From: Perkinsus chesapeaki ATCC PRA-425
Taxonomy: Eukaryota; Protista; Perkinsozoa
Assembly: GCA_013115145.1 (NCBI GenBank)
Contig: JAAPAO010000069.1
Location: 29,800-93,799 of the forward strand
Reading direction: 5' to 3'
DNA: 64,000 nucleotides
Shown here in pieces: positions 11,641 through 25,700 of this stretch. Positions within the stretch are counted from its first letter, which is position 1. Every line of letters begins with the position of its first letter. The position numbers were made by a program, and so were the translations under genes. The notes under the pieces were generated by a model. That model was not told the origin of the DNA, did not search any database, and saw only the letters and a list, made by a program, of their open reading frames with translations.

Positions 11641-13374
11641 GAATCTTCTATAACGAATGTATCATCGATATCCGTGAAGTCACTGTTAAACCGACCTGAT
11701 CAAAAATACACACACTAATGAGATAACATAAAACATACGTAAGGTCCATAGAAGTTACCTGAACGTGACCTGCCATATAGCGAAGGGCCCGCCTCCGAAC
11801 CGCTCGGCTGCTTGCTCGCAGAACTTTCAGGACCTGAAGGATGATATAATCGAATAAATCCAAGTAGGAAGTTAGGTACTGTTTGTTCCAGCCTCCATAG
11901 CTTCCAAATCGGGGAACTCTTGTATTGGCTGCATCTCAATTGATAATGTTCGTCCGCCCACTGCGGATGCTCTTGGAGTCCTATATGAGATAAATTATAA
12001 ACAAACAATTATAATAATAATACTTCTTTGAAGACGATATGACATCCTGTTTTTGCTCATACCATCTCAAGAATCCAAGCTTCCTCATTATCCGAGGAGT
12101 TCGAATATACCTTATAGGAATGAAAGTAAGATAAACATCAAAGCGTTATTCTTCTCCTTGTTACATGTGATAGAGTCCCCATTGCTTTGTGACTATTATA
12201 ATGGCTACTAATACATCCACTGTATAATGGAAACGTGTTGCTACAATAACAAAATATCTAAAACCAATAACTTTATTATTATTTAAATGTTCATTAATTC
12301 CTTACCCAGTAATCGCAGCGATCCACCATAACAAAGGCATAAGCCGCCGGAATATAAAATGAAGGACAGGACCACCACGATGTCTACCCCCAATTTGACC
12401 ACGACGACTACTTCCGAGTGCAGAGTATCCACGGGCAGCTGTTTAATAATAACAATTAACCAATAAACCCAATAATAGTACATTCATCCACTGCAAGAAA
12501 ACCGTAGCCATATTCCGACCATATCAAAGCCATTAAAGTAAAGTTTGCTGCGTGACCTGAAACGCCAGCTCTAGACGAGTTCATGTAGGGAACTACCAGA
12601 AAATATTGTATCCCCGCACGTGAAGCGCAGGCCCGAGATAAGTTTGGCTGCTTCAATGAAAATCTGCTCGGGAGCATTACGGCACCGACCGACTCTCCCT
12701 AGTACATTCTCGTCTGGGTTTGTAAGGTTGACACAATGTTTGTTAGGAGGTGGAAGCAGAGTGACTATTATAGTGGCACTCCGAAAAAAGAATACAGAGC
12801 CCTGGATTGCCAGGAATCGTAGTATCTAAGAGCAAGTATCCCGATGCTCCTCGACCATGAACACTACCACTTTCAGTCGGTTGGGATGAAACAGTAAAAC
12901 CTGAAACCACAAGATACTGGCAATTGAGATGAGCCTATTGTTACTGGCAGCAAGGTGAAGACTACGATAACAACATTCCAGTAGTCTGCTAAATGAGGAA
13001 TCTCAATGTAGGACAGGAAATAGAACCCCAGATCGGTGAGCAACTCGGGCGTTCGATCGTGGTAGCGCTGATCTTGGAATTTGTCGACATATACCTCAAA
13101 AATAACGGTGTGGACGCAAGGGTAAGATGCCAACCTGTGAGATGCAGTTGACGTAGGCACATGCTGCCATCCATAGACAACCTGCAACCAGCTGCCAACC
13201 TAAAAAGGGGAGTTTAACCTCTTAAAGATATTAGTTATTATTGCAGCGGGAAGGATTGGTTTATTACATGCTAATTGTTTCATAGGAAGACAGACAAAGT
13301 CAAAGACGGCACTATGACGAGACCTTCTCATTAAAGTGTCGCCACCTCCGCTCATTGGCGGTTGTGGTTTGGCT
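11641..13374. repeat. Tandem segmental duplication, copy B (partner 8134-9884)
   Basis: Direct repeat of copy A in the same orientation. Confidence 0.95.
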
Positions 13375-13385
13375 AACGATAACAT
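11872..13385 (-). CDS. Sphingomyelin synthase / sphingolipid synthase family, copy 2; start tentative
   Basis: LTDLGFYFLS, RFTCGDTIFSG|HAA and ATRFHYTVDV. Exon structure is the same as copy 1. The first in-frame ATG is at 13385. Confidence 0.88.
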
Positions 13386-13593
13386 CCCGAGCCCTCCCCC
13401 ACGCACAACATGGTGTAAGTAGCATTGAGGAAGTCCAAGATATTGCAAGGTGGCAAGATGAGCAGGCGTGCGATAGGCGCTTCGGAATTGTGCATCGTCG
13501 TCGTACACGTGTTAAGCATCTTTTCGAACTTCTTGTTCCTCCTCTTTAGTGTCCTCCGTTCCTGTGTATGGCCATCGGCCCTGCCCGCGGCTT

Positions 13594-15141
13594 ATGAGTT
13601 ATCTGGACTATGACATACAATCCAATCACGTACTGAACGCTGTTTCCTTCGGGTCCCCGAACTGCCCCGGGGGGGATCCGGGTGGTGGTAGTGGAGTAGG
13701 GGGAAGTAGTAAACCACAAATAGTCGATGTGTGGGCCGCAAACTTCGACATTGAAGCTGAAGTCATGCGGAATGTAGTGGAGAAGTATCCCTATATAGCG
13801 ATGGACGTTAGATTGCCTGGGATAGTTGCCCGACCAACAGGTACGTACTGGCGGAGGGGGAATCTTCGAGCGTCTCGAAATTATTAAATATCATCATAAA
13901 AATTAACACGGGGACGTGAAGTGCTTAATACTGGTCGTATGTTAGGTCCTTTTGAAAATACTGATGAGTACAACTACCGGTTCATGAAGGCAAATGTTGA
14001 CCTTGTTAAAATAGTGCAAGTCTGCTTCTCCTTTGCGGACTCCAGAGGCAATTGTGCACCCCATCCACATCTCGGACCAGGGCGTTGCTGTTGGAGACTA
14101 AACTTCAAGTTCAACTTGCTATCCGATCTTTATGCCGCTGACCGTGTCGAAGTCCTCGGAAGTTCGGTCGAAGTCGGGGGCGCAGGCCTTGACTTTGCAG
14201 CTACGATGCATAAGGGAATCCACCACGAGGTCTTTGGCGAGTTCCTAATGTCCAGCGGCATCGTTTTGTCTGAGGATGTAACTTGGTTGGTCAGTTCGGG
14301 AGGTATTGCATTTGGCTCTTTGCTTAAAATTCTAACGGGGAAGCCTTTGCCGGATAGTCACGGGCAATTCAGCGAACTTGTAGCGGAGTATTTTCCGAGG
14401 CTCTATGATATCAAACTACTGGGACGCGACACTGCACTGCCGACTACAAGCTATTGCGCCTATGACCTGGGTGATACAGTGCGCACCATCGATGCTTTCT
14501 TTGGCAACCTTGATAAACCTGGTGATGAGGACTGCTCGACAAGCTCTAGTAGGACCAGTGGAAGTGTTATTACATCTTCATCGTCAAGTGAAGGCACCAG
14601 CCAGCGGTATTCTAAGTCACTGTGGCGTAGCTCCATTTATAGATGTGGTCGTAGTGGTGTGACTATCGAGCATCCGCCAGACTCTCGAGGCTGCGTGGAT
14701 AACTCTCTTCATTCCCGTAAGAGGCTCGAAGCAGCCCTCCTTCTTATAGCACCATCTGCTAAGAACAGCAACAACCCTAACGGTACCCGGTCTATGCTTA
14801 ACAATAGTGGTATGGTATTTTCCAATCCCAGCAAGTTCATGGCAGGCCCGCCTCCACCGCCACCTCCGCCGCCACCGCCTCCACCAAGCAAGCGATGTGT
14901 GCCTGCCGGGCCTCCGCCGCCGCCTCCTCCGCCTATGCCTCCAGTAGGGTATCGAGGGCCTCCACCGGCGATCCCTCCACCACCTCCGCCGCCAGTACCT
15001 CCACCACCTCCGGCATCTTTTGATCATCGTCATCATCATCAGCCTAGCCTTAGTGGGTTTCATGGGCCTACTGGTAAGCTGCTGCGTTACGAGGGACCTC
15101 CTCCACCTATTAGAGTTCCATCTTCCCGAGGCGGGCCATAA
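13594..15141 (+). CDS. CAF1: CAF1/POP2 (CNOT7/8-like) DEDD deadenylase paralog with degenerate active site and proline-rich C-terminal tail; one intron 13841-13945
   Basis: IVDVWAANF..KYPYIAMDVRLPGIVARPTG, KANVDLVKIVQ, WRLNFKFNL, FLMSSGIVL and LLKILTGKPLP..YFPRLYDIK are all CAF1 signatures. They are followed by a Ser-rich linker and several poly-Pro runs. Confidence 0.88.
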
Positions 15142-16708
15142 ACAGGAGGACATTTTCAGCGCTGGTTTGTAATGACTGGTTGACTATCATCTTGTACTGC
15201 TATTTCAACGTAAGACTGCAGTGGGGTCATCTAGACTTGTTGTTTTATTCGTATTATGCAAGGATGCCGCCCTATTGCCGCTGGTGGTATGACCAAGTCG
15301 TTGCAGCGCTATACGGAAGCTGACGGTACTTTATCCCGCCCTATATCGTCATCATCTCTATTCTTCATCTTCTTGTTTGGCTATTTCTGTGATGGAAGAA
15401 GTAGTCATTGTACGTTTAATGGCACCTTCATTTGCGAAGTGTCCGCCGTTATTATTATTATCACCATTGTACTATTTACCTGGTTATAGTTATTGTCTGT
15501 AATATGCTGAATAATCTTTGATATTGTTTTATTTGCGTAGAAGTTGTTGTTTACATGATTAAGAATGATATTGCATGGTGGTGTTGTCTATACTTTTGCT
15601 GGCTACTACTACTGCAACCAACGATAATAACAGCGAGAGCACCATCTTCACGAGGTAGATCGTTCGAATCGTCAGTATCTATATCATTGCTCATCAACAT
15701 CATCATCACTGTGGAGGCGAAAGCCAAAGGTATTATTTTCACCAGCCTACTAGTGATAGTCTGTGGTATCCTTTTGCCTTTGGGATGTTATTGCCAGTCC
15801 AAATCGGCTAGGTTTGGAGTACGAATTTCATCCCCGTTTATGTACGTCATTAAATCGAGGCCATTATTAACCGCCACTACTGCTGTTGTGAATTGTTTAC
15901 TTTACGCCGCCACCAACCCGTCACAATTTACGGGGCTGATTGCCTCCGGACTATTACCGTCACTACTTTTCCTGTAACATCATCATCATCATCTAGTTGC
16001 TGTTCCAATGGCAGACTTTATTTTTAGTGGTGCTCCGCGTTATGGTGGTTGCTGCAGCTACCACCGCTCCTACTGCCGTAGTCCGCATTGTATACTGCAC
16101 CTTGAACCATTGATGTGATTCGTAGATCATCATCATACTCTATGTTTCACAAAGCTATACTATTATTGCTGTTATACCAGCATTGGTGGTGTGGCTTGGT
16201 TTACTCGCTCTATTTGACTCGTTCGTCTCGGTTGTTGTGGTGATCATTATGCTGTTAAAAGACGTCATGTGAGAAGGGTTTGCCTGATCCCCGCGCTGAT
16301 TCGATTCCTGTCTTATTGAACGTGTATATGAGTAGTAGTCTTCATCGGCGTAACCTTATCAGTTGGGGATGGTATCTCTGGCTGGTATCGTTATAGCTAT
16401 TAGTGAGGGTACATTGAGCACTTACCTCATTCGAATAGATAACCTGATAAAACCTACGTTAGAATGTTATTTGAGTTGCGTTGTATAGTTGCCGAGAGGG
16501 AAAACAAGTAAAATAAATCACCTTCCCGAGGAACCAACCCGCTAATGGAGCTTCACGCGGACAGTACTTGTTAATTCATTCTAAAATGTAATCAGAGTAA
16601 GCAGCGGTGACTGTATTTGCTTTGTTTGACGGGGTGCATGCCTACTGGCTGTAACACAACACAATCCCTATCGAAGCCAGCACTGCCATGGTTTGCACAT
16701 GATAGCCA

Positions 16709-19700
16709 TTAAGCAATGGACAGCAGTAGAGCTGTACCTCGTTTAGTCCAGAATGATGCATCTCGCTCACCCGAGACTAGGTCCACCCATATCATAAAAC
16801 TGGGCCTCTCTCTGGTCCCTGTCCGTATGGGGTACAGGTACAATGGGCATTGGTACATCTTCGGTAGGCTGGGTTCGGTCGTCTTTTTCTTAGCGACTGG
16901 TTTGAAGTGAACTATGGGAACCGGTGAATACAACTCCATAGGCTCGGGCTCAGTCAGGTGGTTGTGTTGAATGTCCCATGATGCACCTTCCAGAATCATC
17001 TTCGATACATATGCTCCTTCTTTCGGCGCAGCTGTAATGGTTGCCTCGTCATGGGTCTGAAAGGCAGCACTACGGAAGGATTTGACCCCGAAGCTCACCT
17101 GCATAACAATGAAGTCGAAAGAAAGCGTATCCACGCTAACCATGCTCTTCCTCGCCGATTGCTGCAGTACGGCTGTGAGGAACCCAGTGGGGTACGTGAG
17201 TCCTCCAAGCCAGAACACTTTGGGCGTTTCGTACAGCCCCCATCGAGATAGCTGATCAATACGCGAGATGAGATCAACAATCCATGAGCTTAAGGGCTTC
17301 AGAGACGGGTAGGCGCTATGCCACACGTTGGGGACCTGAAGCCGCCGGAGGTCTCCCTGATTAATGAAATGGAGGTCACCTTGCCGTCAGAAAGCGACTG
17401 CATAACTGCTTCCTGTTCCTCTGATATCACCACGAAACCAGCGATACCCTTCTTCAGTTCATGGATCGACACACGGACTTTCCTCAGCAACATATTATAT
17501 CTTAACATTCACCCTCGTCCCAGTGCGGAACTTCCAGTCACTCACCGCTCAATCTCCTGCAGGAGGACGATCTTCAGTGGGCTGACATCACCATCATTGC
17601 GACTGCTGATGTCCGCATAGTCCATATCCTCGGGTAGCTTCTCCAGTAAGTTGTCGCAGACTCTCATGACCATATCATCCTTGGAGCTGCCGCCGCTTCC
17701 CGAGGCTCCCTCGCCTAAATAAAATACTAATGCACTGCCAACCAACCCACATGTACTTTGTGCTGCCTGAGATGCTTCGCTCGCTGGCTGTATAGAAATG
17801 ACAGTAGCCAACAACTGAAACAATACCATATTTCCAGGCAGTTACTTCTTCACCCTACTGCTTGAGCGTCAGCCAAGGCCGAGCTAATCTCAGCATTCAC
17901 ATGCTGACCAAAGGCTTCCGGCGGCTCGTTAAGAGGAAGCTCCCTCACGTACATGCGGTATCTGCCAACCACGACAAATGCTCATCAATTTATGCGAGTT
18001 GCTTACCCATCGAGTGTAGTCTCTTCAGGTATATGGTAGGTTGGCAGAGACGATAACGGGAACTTCGGCATGGTGATGGCTTCCGGGCAGAAGAACTCAT
18101 CCACATAGGCCCGGAGCAGCTTGTTATCGGGATGCTCCGTCACCCTGCCACCGTAGTTGGCATCAGCTATAAGGTATCGAATAGCTTCCCATGGGATTTC
18201 ATTCGGATACTCCTCCAAGTACATAGCCAATATATTCTCGCAAATGTCAAAGTCGGAATCATTGAAGTCATAAGGAACATTCCAGCCCAGGTTCTTAAAC
18301 TTCTTTCGCTCCAATAATATAGCGTGGAACCACACCAAGGAGAAAAGAAGTTTACGGTACTCACCGGCTTGAGTACACCGAGTGAACTGGTCCTCCGATA
18401 AGTTGATGAGAAGCCGAGCCATGTTGGCTTTCAACCCTCTCGGAGGCTCAGTCGTCATCTTCATGCATTTCTGCAGCAGTGCGATGGGGAACCTCGGGGT
18501 CGGGTCGGAGGACAGCCACAGTCGGAACTGCGCGTGGGGTGTCTTCTCCTCCAGCTCATGGACGACAAGCTTTTCGAGAGCAGGCAGCCAGGAAACAGAC
18601 AAATGACAGTTGGCAAGGAACACCCAAAAGCCCGCCTCAACACCATGGCGCAACATTGCCTCGGCTTTTGGTGCCTGACCCTGGCCAAGGGATATCGTCT
18701 TCCACTCGGTGCCTCTGCTAACAGCCAGGCCTCGAAGCAGAGGGGTGGGGTCCATTCCCGGGCTTAAGACGAACACTAGAGGTATTCTGGCGTCGCTCTC
18801 GTCATAGATCGCCTCGAGATCGAAGTTCGGTGGCTCCACAAATTTAGGGCCCATCTTTGCCGAGACAAACGTCCCGACTGCGGGAAGCACTCGGTCAGCT
18901 CTCAAGGCGCGGACCACCAGCAATTTCTGCAGTGGATCTAGCCGAGACTCCCACTCGCCCGGCAATGGCTCCCGCTCCGGCTCGGAAGCCATGAACCTGC
19001 TCTGATCGGTGAGGTAAGCCCCGCATAGGAAAACACTAACCATCGCTTCCACTCCCTCAGACCTTGCTCAATCGACGTTTGGAAGCCCTTGAAGGCGTCC
19101 GGGGAAGTCCGGTCCAGAGATGTGACGTTATCCCAGGTAACAGGGCTGATCCAGTCGGGCGCTGGGTTCACGGCCTGGCAACCGGCCGAATCGGCGCGCA
19201 GCAAGAACGCCTCCCTACCTGTGTTGCCCTGTCTAATGTCTGGGCTCCGCGGAGGAAGAGGTTGAATTCATTGAGCGCCAGTGCATTCTTGCTGGCGAGA
19301 ATTCGAGTAGTTATGTGGAGCGACAGAAGCAGCTTGTGCCTCTCGAACAAAGCTCGAGAGGCGAATCGATACACGGCCAAGGTGTGGAAGTCATTCAAGA
19401 CCTACAACCCTTCAGCCGCTCAGCGGAAACCAAATCCAATACAAATCACCTCGACGCGCTCCTCCACACCAGATACCATCGGATTCTGCTCTGCTGATTT
19501 CTCTATACTAGACTGGAAAAGCTTTATATAAGGCTCCAAGGCAAACTACGCAAACGCAGGTATGACTAGGAGAGACAGTCGACAAGGGCCTTACCTGGTA
19601 CATCGGGTCAACGGTAACAAGGTCATTGAGAACGAAGAACAGTGTGGCTGCACGATCGCCACTGGCTTTGTAGTTCTCTCGAGCCGCATCAATTCTTATC

Positions 19701-22700
19701 ATAGTCTTCTCTGCATCCTCCACCTATAAGAATCCACATTGTTGCTAAGTGAAACCGAACACACACACCTGTTCCGTGACTGCCTCACTGATGGTCTTCG
19801 ATTCGTTAAGAGTGTTAACCAGATTTAGGTCATCAAGAAGCGATCCTTTACTCTCTGACAAAAGCCGTAGAATTTCGTTCTCCAGTTCCGCCAGACGATT
19901 TTTGCCCTTCGACACCTAAACAACCAGCAGACCGTAGCTATCGCAAGTCAGCCCTCGGGGATCTTCGGTACCTGTACGACCAGGTCACTCTTCTGCTGCT
20001 CCATCTGAGGCTCTTCTTTCTTAACCACGACCCCAAGCAGTTGGCTGGACAGGCCTTCCTCAACCACCACAAAATTAACAATAGTGGTTTTGGTCGAGAC
20101 CTCTGGAGTGTAGTGCGGATTGCCTAGCTTAGTTGTTAAATAGAACTTGAAGTCGGGATTGTAGAAGAGGTTGGATTCGCCGATCTGAATGCTCAGGCTT
20201 CCTCCAGTGTTCACGATGTTCTTGGCCAAAACCGGCTCCAGCGAAGGATCGAGCTCCTCGCCGACATTCTCCATCAGACATGGTTTGCCATACTCTATCG
20301 CTCTCTCGATTGTCCGCATGAAGTTGGGCGTGTTCGGGTCGAATATACGCAAGTCATTCTTGCTCTCCATGTCCCTTATCCATCGATTCGCCTGATTCTG
20401 TGGATCCACCATCAGTGGCCAGCGCCGAGAGCGTGTCACCAGTATGCCGTTCTCAGTGGAGAAGCCATCCGTTGGCAATCCCTGCCAGAGCGCTTTTGAA
20501 GCGGAAGAGCCACGTTACTCAAGGCCAACCTGGAGATTCCAAATCCGCACCTCGGCAGGATCGGCCATGAAGTCTTGAAAGTCGAACTCATCCGAAAACG
20601 GTATTCCCAGCTCCTGGACCATTGGCATCCATTTATCCTGGACCAAAGCGTCCCTCATCGCCGAGCCAAAGGGACCGGCATAACTCTGGAACGCTGCAGC
20701 CACCTGTGAGTCAGAGGTCTGCGCAACAGTGATGAGGACGACACTAACTAAGCAATCTCCAACAAGATGGCCGATTTGCTCATCATAGTCTTCGAGACTT
20801 AGCTCCCATCTATCCTTCTCACCAGCTAACCCTGATACCAGTTTCTCTGCTCGTTCCAGCTTAGTCTTCAAATCTTCAGCCTAACCGACATACGTTTGAA
20901 GGACGCGTAGCGCGTGAGTGCCGGCAAAACGATACAGATAGTCTAATCGCTCCGTATACATTTACCACTACAGAATCAGAAGTCTACCTGGTTCGTGAGC
21001 GTCTCCTTGGCATCATTGCTTTCATCAAATTGGCTCTTCAAGGTTGCCAAAGTGTCCTGCACCTGCTGCAGTTTCTCCATGGCCTCAGCCAACTGCTTCT
21101 GTTTGGCGTGTAGTGTCTCAGCCGCCCGTCTCAACTTCAGTCGCTTCGGCTCGACCTCTCTAAACACCTCCGCATACACCTATTACCACCTTCCGCGCCT
21201 GTCCAGCCAGCATGCCAGCCTCACCTTCATGGCGTGTACCCATTGACAAAGAGCTCCAGCGGCAACACTAACCTTTCCCACTGCAGTAGGTGTGAAGCTC
21301 GGATCCTTAGTGAACCTACCCGAATAACTATCCCACACTGAACAGCAGTATTTGTACTTTTCTATTTTCTTCACAGTGGTATTGGATATATTATCCTTAT
21401 CAAACGTTTTGATTCTGTGAAGGAAGTTAACATCGTTAAGCTCCAGCTTAGCCTGGGCCCATGTCGCCGGCTTCTCCATAACCGTCATCACAGCACACAT
21501 CGTCTTCATCACCAGCTCCGGTGGCTTAGCGTACACCTACGTCGACCACCACCGCGACCGTTTGCACTGCCTCTTGAACAATTAAGAATCATCACCTTAA
21601 CCTCCGCAATGGCCTTCTTATCCAACTTGTTAAGAGCATCCTCCGAAGCCTGCAGCGCTGGCATTGCCTTATCTAGGTCTGCTTGAGCATCAGCGGCTAG
21701 AATCTACATAGTAAGCTGTGAACAGTAGCTGTAAAACGGGTACGTCACCAGCTCCGTTGCTCACCCCCTCCCCTACATAGTACCTCAGTCTCCTTTGTTT
21801 CCGCCTGTATCCTCACTTCATCAGCTCTCACAGTTTTCTCCTGCTCAGCCGCATTAGCTCGCTTCTCCACAATGACAACCATCAGCTCCTGGCATTCCTT
21901 CTGCTTCTTCGATACAATTTCCTGTACATCCAGTTTCATTCGCCATCAGTCCGCAGCTGCCCTACCTGATTCTTCTCCAGCACCACGCTCATCTCCTCCA
22001 CTTGCGTCCTCGCCTCCATAAGCTTCGACAGACCATTGCGGAGTTTATCCGCCGACCCTCCAATAGACTCGCCCTTCTCTCGCAGCGCTGTCACATAGCC
22101 TTGCACCTGACCAAACACCTCACCCCATCCAGGCCGACACTCCAGCACCAGTTCCAGATAGTTCGTTGGTGTGACGTAATTGTGTCGCTTTTGTGTCTCA
22201 AGCATTATGTGACTGTACTCTACCACCGCCGTGTGAGCCGAACCGAACACCGACGAAACACTGGCCACGTGCTCTTGAGGTAACCCTGATCGGAAATGCC
22301 CACCCAGACCGTACGCGGCTCTACCTTGAGCTCCTGATAGGAACTTCATCGCCACCTCGGTCAGAGCTTCACTCGGCCACGAGAGGAACCAATCAATTGT
22401 CGAACAGTTGACCAGTGAAGGATACCTGCGTGAACATTGGGGAAGTTAAGCCTGGCAGTTTCCCTTACATTCTGCAATAGTTCCTAAATCCATCTCCAAT
22501 AGGGCTTGCGCAGAACACCACATGCAAGTTCTCACGGATCCTCGAGAGGAAGAAATCATAAATAGCCTCCGGACCAAATGGCACTCCAGCTTCCTTAGCA
22601 GGCTTCTCAAGAGCAGTGCGAACCTAGCAGTAACTCAGTAGTACAAACCTAATGGTGTTCCCATTCACCTGATTGAGCTCATCGCTGGCATAAAGATTCG

Positions 22701-25700
22701 GGACTTCTCCACTGGATAGGATATTCGAGACATCCTCCAAAAAGCTCTCCTCGCAGATCTCAGTATCGCTGAACAGGAACGTCACATTCTGCGAATTCAC
22801 CCCGGCTATCTCATAGATTGCTTTGATGTCATCTCGGAACCTGAAAGCGGCGGCCTTACCCTCCTACAGTCTGTTCCTTGTACTTCTGGTGATTGTAGTT
22901 TTTATTGATCTCTATCTGGAAGCACTTGTACTCAGCGATATAAGAAGCCAGTCGTGTTTGGCAATGTCGGCCGCTACCGCCTACCCCCACCAAAAGGGCG
23001 TTACCACGCGGCATCCTTATCACTCTGACAACAACAACAACAACTATACAACTGGGCCGAGCTGAGTAAGCCTTCTCTACACATTTCCAGGTCAAGTTGA
23101 TTATTTTCCCGGATTTTCCATAGTTACCACTTTTGAACCAATTCCGCAGGCTTCACATTATACCATACTATTACGATAATTTACCTCGTCCACTAAGTAT
23201 TAAAAATACGGGTAAAAATAGGAACCAGGGAGTGCTGTACAAAAACCATCTCCCTGTCTGCAAAGCCTTGGAGTCCCAGCCCTATATAGTTCAACTACCA
23301 CCTTAGAACCCTCAAGCAGTGCTCAATAGCGTCCTTAAAAAGGACTATATCCATCGCCTTCCCCTTCATCTCATCGTTATAATTCTCCAGCTTAGCCTCC
23401 ATAAACATCTTCAATCCTTTCTTATCAATCATCTGCTCATACGGTGGATTCTCAGCCTCGTAGTTCTTCAGATTTATTCCTCCAAATACAATATCGTACG
23501 CATGCTCATCTTGCTGCAGTACCTGCCCATCACCCTCCAGCTCCACCCCTCACACCCATCCTACCTCCTTCAGCCGAATCTGCATGCTTTGGTCCATCAC
23601 CTCGTCAATTTCGTTAATGAACTGGATCCTGTCCTCCTCGCTTATCAATCGATCCATGAAGACTCGACAGCACTCATGCAGCCATAGACGCAGCAGTTTT
23701 TCCTTCTCCTCGAAGTTCCCCGGTTGAGCCTGCACTCACCTCTCCGCCTCGCCCCATACGCCAATGCCTTCTCACCAAATAGATGCCTTGAAAAACTTTA
23801 CTGACATCCCGCAGATTGAAGAGATAGTGGCATTTGCTGGGTGTCGGCAGGAACTTCTCCTGAACAATCACAGTACCCCGCTACGGCCTCGCTACGGCAG
23901 GCCACCTGTATGACACTGTATAGAGATGTCGTGGCGGTCGTGATAACCTCCGACATCGCCTTCAGGTCGTCTCGGAAGCCCGAGTCTAGCTTATGTGAGC
24001 ACAATGTCTGGAAAACTCGCTTCACTTGCGAGTCCGATGGGTTCACCTTAAAACGCCCCATTTCGCCAAAGGCGACCAGCGGCCCACTCACCACACAAAT
24101 CAGATTGAATCGACTCTGCAGGCGTCTAGAAATAACCGCCCTTCCACCGCCTGGGGGGCCCATCGCTCCAACAAGTTGAATATCCTGTATAAACCGCAAG
24201 CTCTGCTTTTTACGGTCATACCTGATTCCCCACTCTCCCCCTAACTCCCCTCCTCCTACCAGCATTCATAATCCATCCATTGACGTAGCAGCTCCAGGGG
24301 CGGCTGGCTTCCAAAGAAATCCTTCCTGGGCATGTTGAGATCGTCCACAAGTATAACCATCCTCCTGCTCATCGGTGGCCCGAACTTATTCTTGATTCGC
24401 TTCTCCACTCTACCCTCGATGATTTCCTAAGGCCCAGCCTGTAGAGGTAGCCCACCATCCCTACTGCCTACCTGAACCATCGCACTGCTGGTTTGAGCAC
24501 TGAGATTGATAACCAGACTGCACCACTTAGACTTGTCCTCATTGCAGTCCGACAAAACCTGTTCCAGGTTCAACTACCGATTCCAGAAGGCCACAGTCCA
24601 CATACCTGCTGCGCCGCAACGGTCTTTCCTGTTCCTGTATGGCCCACAAGCAGTACGTGGTGATGGTGTGATACCAGCGTCGATACCACATTACCGTGCC
24701 TCAAAGTGTCGACAGTCGGCACTATGATCTTGTGAAACGGCAAGTCCCCTGGCCTGAGGGACGCTCCACCGTATGGTTGTCATTTGGGTCTACTTGAAAG
24801 GGTTCGGTAAACGATCCTCCCAAAGGGAGAACTCTCCCGTCTTCTCTACGCTCCACATCGCATAGTCGTAGACAGTCTGACCATGCGGGAAGACGCTACC
24901 GTCGATTTCTCTTATCGACGAGTCCAAGCTTGCTCTGGCCATCTCTGTCACCGATGCTCCCAAAGACCATACCAAACAGAACAGGAACGCCTGCCATCCC
25001 AAAACCACTTGCCCCACCACTACCTCACATTGCATGTTTACCTTTTCCAGCACATCACCTGCCTTGTCGCCATACCCGTCGTAGTTGAGACTTGCACCGA
25101 AGCATTCAAAGAGCCGACAAAGACTCATCACCTAACGATCACCCTTTCCGGTAAAGATTCCGCGGCCCCCTCACTCACCCCGTTGATCTCGCTAATAGGC
25201 ACCAACTCTGGCAGTCCCCTCCTTGCCTTGAGAACCCTAGGAACCCACTTCTGGAACAGATCAGCCATTTCAGTAAGCCGCTCTCCAGAGAACTGCGCTG
25301 GATTTAACGTTCCCAACTTGGCCAGCCACGACTGGGAGTATGGCGCCCATCCAAGATCATGTACGTCGAAATAAACCATACCTATCCAACAAGGGCGTGC
25401 CTTGTCATTGGATGGAATGATGAAAGGCTTCTCTGTATCTCTCTGGTGAAGGGTAACCTACCCGCACGACTGACTGTTGCTGGTGATGCTACGCTCAAAT
25501 CCTCCACTTCAAAGAGTAATGATACTTGAGCTGGCATAGATATACGATCGCCATTAATAAGAGTCAGAACCTAAACCAACATTATTACCTCCAACACCCC
25601 TTCCCTTTACTACTTTATTATCGTCTAGCACTGTGTTCATGCTTTCAATCCACAGCGTATCGACAGGACCGTCCAACACTATCCACTTCTCATCTGCTTT

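Noticed and set aside
12501-12511. ACCGTAGCCAT matches the start of the perkinsid/dinoflagellate spliced leader
   Set aside because: Only 11 nt match, the TTGGCTCAAG continuation is absent, it is the antisense of a synthase exon (YGYG), and the paralog differs here.
14617-15153. Antisense poly-Gly and Arg/Trp-rich ORFs
   Set aside because: Shadow frames of the CAF1 poly-Pro codons.
15256-16200. Hydrophobic ORFs (15256-15489, 15555-15977) resembling membrane proteins
   Set aside because: Low-complexity ATT/CAT/TAC-rich sequence without splice structure or motifs; most likely UTR or intergenic.
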